Source of the DNA: Malacoraja senta
Taxonomy: Eukaryota
Reading direction: 5' to 3'
DNA length: 64,000 bases
Assembly (NCBI GenBank): GCA_038087875.1
Contig: CM075978.1
Coordinates: 192,572,001-192,636,000, forward strand
Positions 62,070 to 64,000 of this stretch are shown one piece after another (within the stretch, counting starts at the first letter, position 1; every line of letters starts with the position of its first letter). Both the position numbers and the translations under genes were made by a program. The notes below the pieces were generated by a model that had not been told where the DNA came from, searched no databases, and was given only the letters and a program-made list of their open reading frames with translations.

Positions 62070-62320
62070 TTTAGTTTAGAGATTTACCGAGTCCGGGCTG
62101 ACCAGTGATTCCCTCACACTAACACCATCCTTCACACACTAGGGACAATTTACAATTTTACCAAGCCAATTAGCGTACAAACCAGTATGCCTTTGGAGTG
62201 TGGGAGGAAAATCCGCGCAGGTCACGGGGAGAACGTACAAACTCCATGCAAACAGCAACTGTAGTCAGGAATTAACCCGGGACTCTGGCGCTGTAAGGCA
62301 GAAACTCTACCGCTGCGCCC
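62070..62320 (-). mobile_element. V-SINE (HE1-like)
   Basis: Reverse complement of a SINE. Confidence 0.82.
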
Positions 62321-62667
62321 TATTATTTCCATTTTATTTTCCGAATCTCTTTTTTTTAATTCTTGCCTTGTATTTTTCTTTGATACTCTTCAGTTCTTAC
62401 ACACTGGTTTGGTCGTTTTGTTCAGACGTTGTGGCTTTTTATTCTCACTGACTGCTGATGGAAATCCTCAGTTATAACATAAACCTCTTATTACTCCGGA
62501 GAAAAGACATCAAGGTCACTGACCACTAACATATCGCAACAGGCAGAAATAATTTGATGCAGCATTTCCATTAAAAGGCACCAGCTATAAAATGACCTTT
62601 TCTGTTTGTGGTCTTAATACCTTTTTTTGTGAATTGGGAACATGTAATTTCGATGTTGTACATCCGC

Positions 62668-63288
62668 GGCGGTCACGGTGGTGCAGCGGTAGAGTTGCTG
62701 CCTTGCAGCACTTACAGCGCCAGAGACCCCGGTTCAATCCCGACTACGGGTGCTGTCTGTATGGAGTTTGTACTTCATCCTGTGACCGCATAGGTTTTCT
62801 CTGAAATCTTCGGTTTCAGGTTTCTAGGTTAATTGGTTTTTGTATAAATGTAAATTGTCCGTAGTGTGTTTAGGATAGTGTTAAGGGCCTGTCCCACTGT
62901 ACGAGGTAATTCAAGAGCTTCCCGAGTAAAAAAAATAAAAATCAAACTCGTGGTAAGCACGTAGAATGTACGTAGCGGGTATGTCGGAGCTCGGGACGTC
63001 TCTTAGCGTCTTGTAACGCTAACGGCTGGTACTCGGGAAACGCGGTAAGCTCGTGAAGACTCGTGAAGATTTTTCAACATGTTGAAAAATGTCCATGAGA
63101 GCCCCGAGTACCTACAAGCGGCTATTACCATAATTCTCCAAGTTCGAATCAGGGGAAACTCGGGAGAACTCATGAATTAGCTCGTACAGTGGGACAGGGC
63201 CCTTTAATGTGCGGGAATCGCTGGTCGGTGGGGACTTGGTGGGACGAAGGGGCCTGTTTACACGCTGTATCTCTAAACTAAACAAAAC
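62668..63288 (+). mobile_element. V-SINE (HE1-like) split by a MITE
   Basis: Head at 62668-62883 and tail at 63204-63288. Confidence 0.85.
62884..63203. mobile_element. PIF/Harbinger-type MITE (320 bp)
   Basis: TIRs AGGGCCTGTCCCACTGTACGAG(G/C)TAATTC. TTA is duplicated at 62881-83 and 63204-06. Removing the MITE restores the SINE sequence GTGTTAATGTGCGGG. Confidence 0.85.
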
Positions 63289-64000
63289 TAATCTTTATGT
63301 ACAATGCTAAATAAAGGGTTGTCTTGGGTCCGGCACTTGAAATTAAGCATGAATATCCATTTTCTAGAGGCTATTATTGGTACAAAGCTGTGTGGGAAGA
63401 GTTTAATCCAGGGGAAAATACGTCTTTTGATTTGCATTTTTTTGTAGTTTAAAAAAAAAGTTAATCTGTACAGACATGTTTCATTCAAATGGAATCTTTA
63501 ATTTTTTTAATAAAATGTTTAAAATAAAAAATATTTTTGTATTTCAATAGTTTGAATTTGATTTAATATATTCATTGTCACCAAAATTATGTGATATTGC
63601 TTAACATCAGTACACATTTCATATTAGTTAACTGTTAGAGTAGAGATGTTCCGTTAATTTTTCTCATCAACTTGAACTCAAATGCATAGCATTTAGGATT
63701 TGTTGAGTCATTTAAATGTCTGATTTTTAAAACCGTATCAGTTTGAATAATTGCTTTGCCATGTTTCCCCATTGCAAATGTAACTGAGCAATGAGTTTGT
63801 CACGTGAAAAATGTGTAAATGCACAGTCTTTGCTGGAGCAGGGTATCTAATGTGTGTCTTATTCGTCAGGTTTGACTTTGCACGTTTTCATTTTTAACCT
63901 TTTATGGGTTAAGTTGCCGAAGGTGTCCGTTGAAACGGGGCATCTGTGTCCTGACTGAAGGATCAATCAGGTAGATGGATTGAGAAATAAACTGCATGAA

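Overview
Vertebrate genomic DNA, most likely an elasmobranch (skate/ray-like), inferred from the HE1/V-SINE, CR1, Rex1/Babar and Penelope repeat complement. The window holds two host genes on the + strand. The first is the last six coding exons and 3' UTR of a divergent NCOA5-family gene (61-~12613). The second is the CpG-island promoter, 40-nt first coding exon (MSRRKQSKPRAVK, a NuRD-binding motif) and start of the long first intron of a ZNF423/ZNF521-type zinc-finger gene. The rest is mostly mobile DNA: a structurally complete but frameshifted DIRS1 tyrosine-recombinase retrotransposon (14205-18945, -), a young 5'-truncated CR1 LINE (24420-28292), a full-length IR-DR Tc1 transposon (41933-43563, -), a Harbinger-type MITE, many V-SINEs and about 20 Penelope-derived hairpins carrying minimal hammerhead cores. 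The most interesting signal is two short insertions (135 and 186 nt, at 816-950 - and 31648-31833 +) that are dissimilar in sequence but built the same way. Each is flanked by a target-site duplication, begins at a minimal HDV-like ribozyme fold and ends in an RTE-type (GAA)n tail, so they are candidate ribozyme-headed, tRNA-free SINE families. All structures were read by eye and no database or folding program was run. Repeat boundaries are approximate unless a TSD or TIR is quoted.
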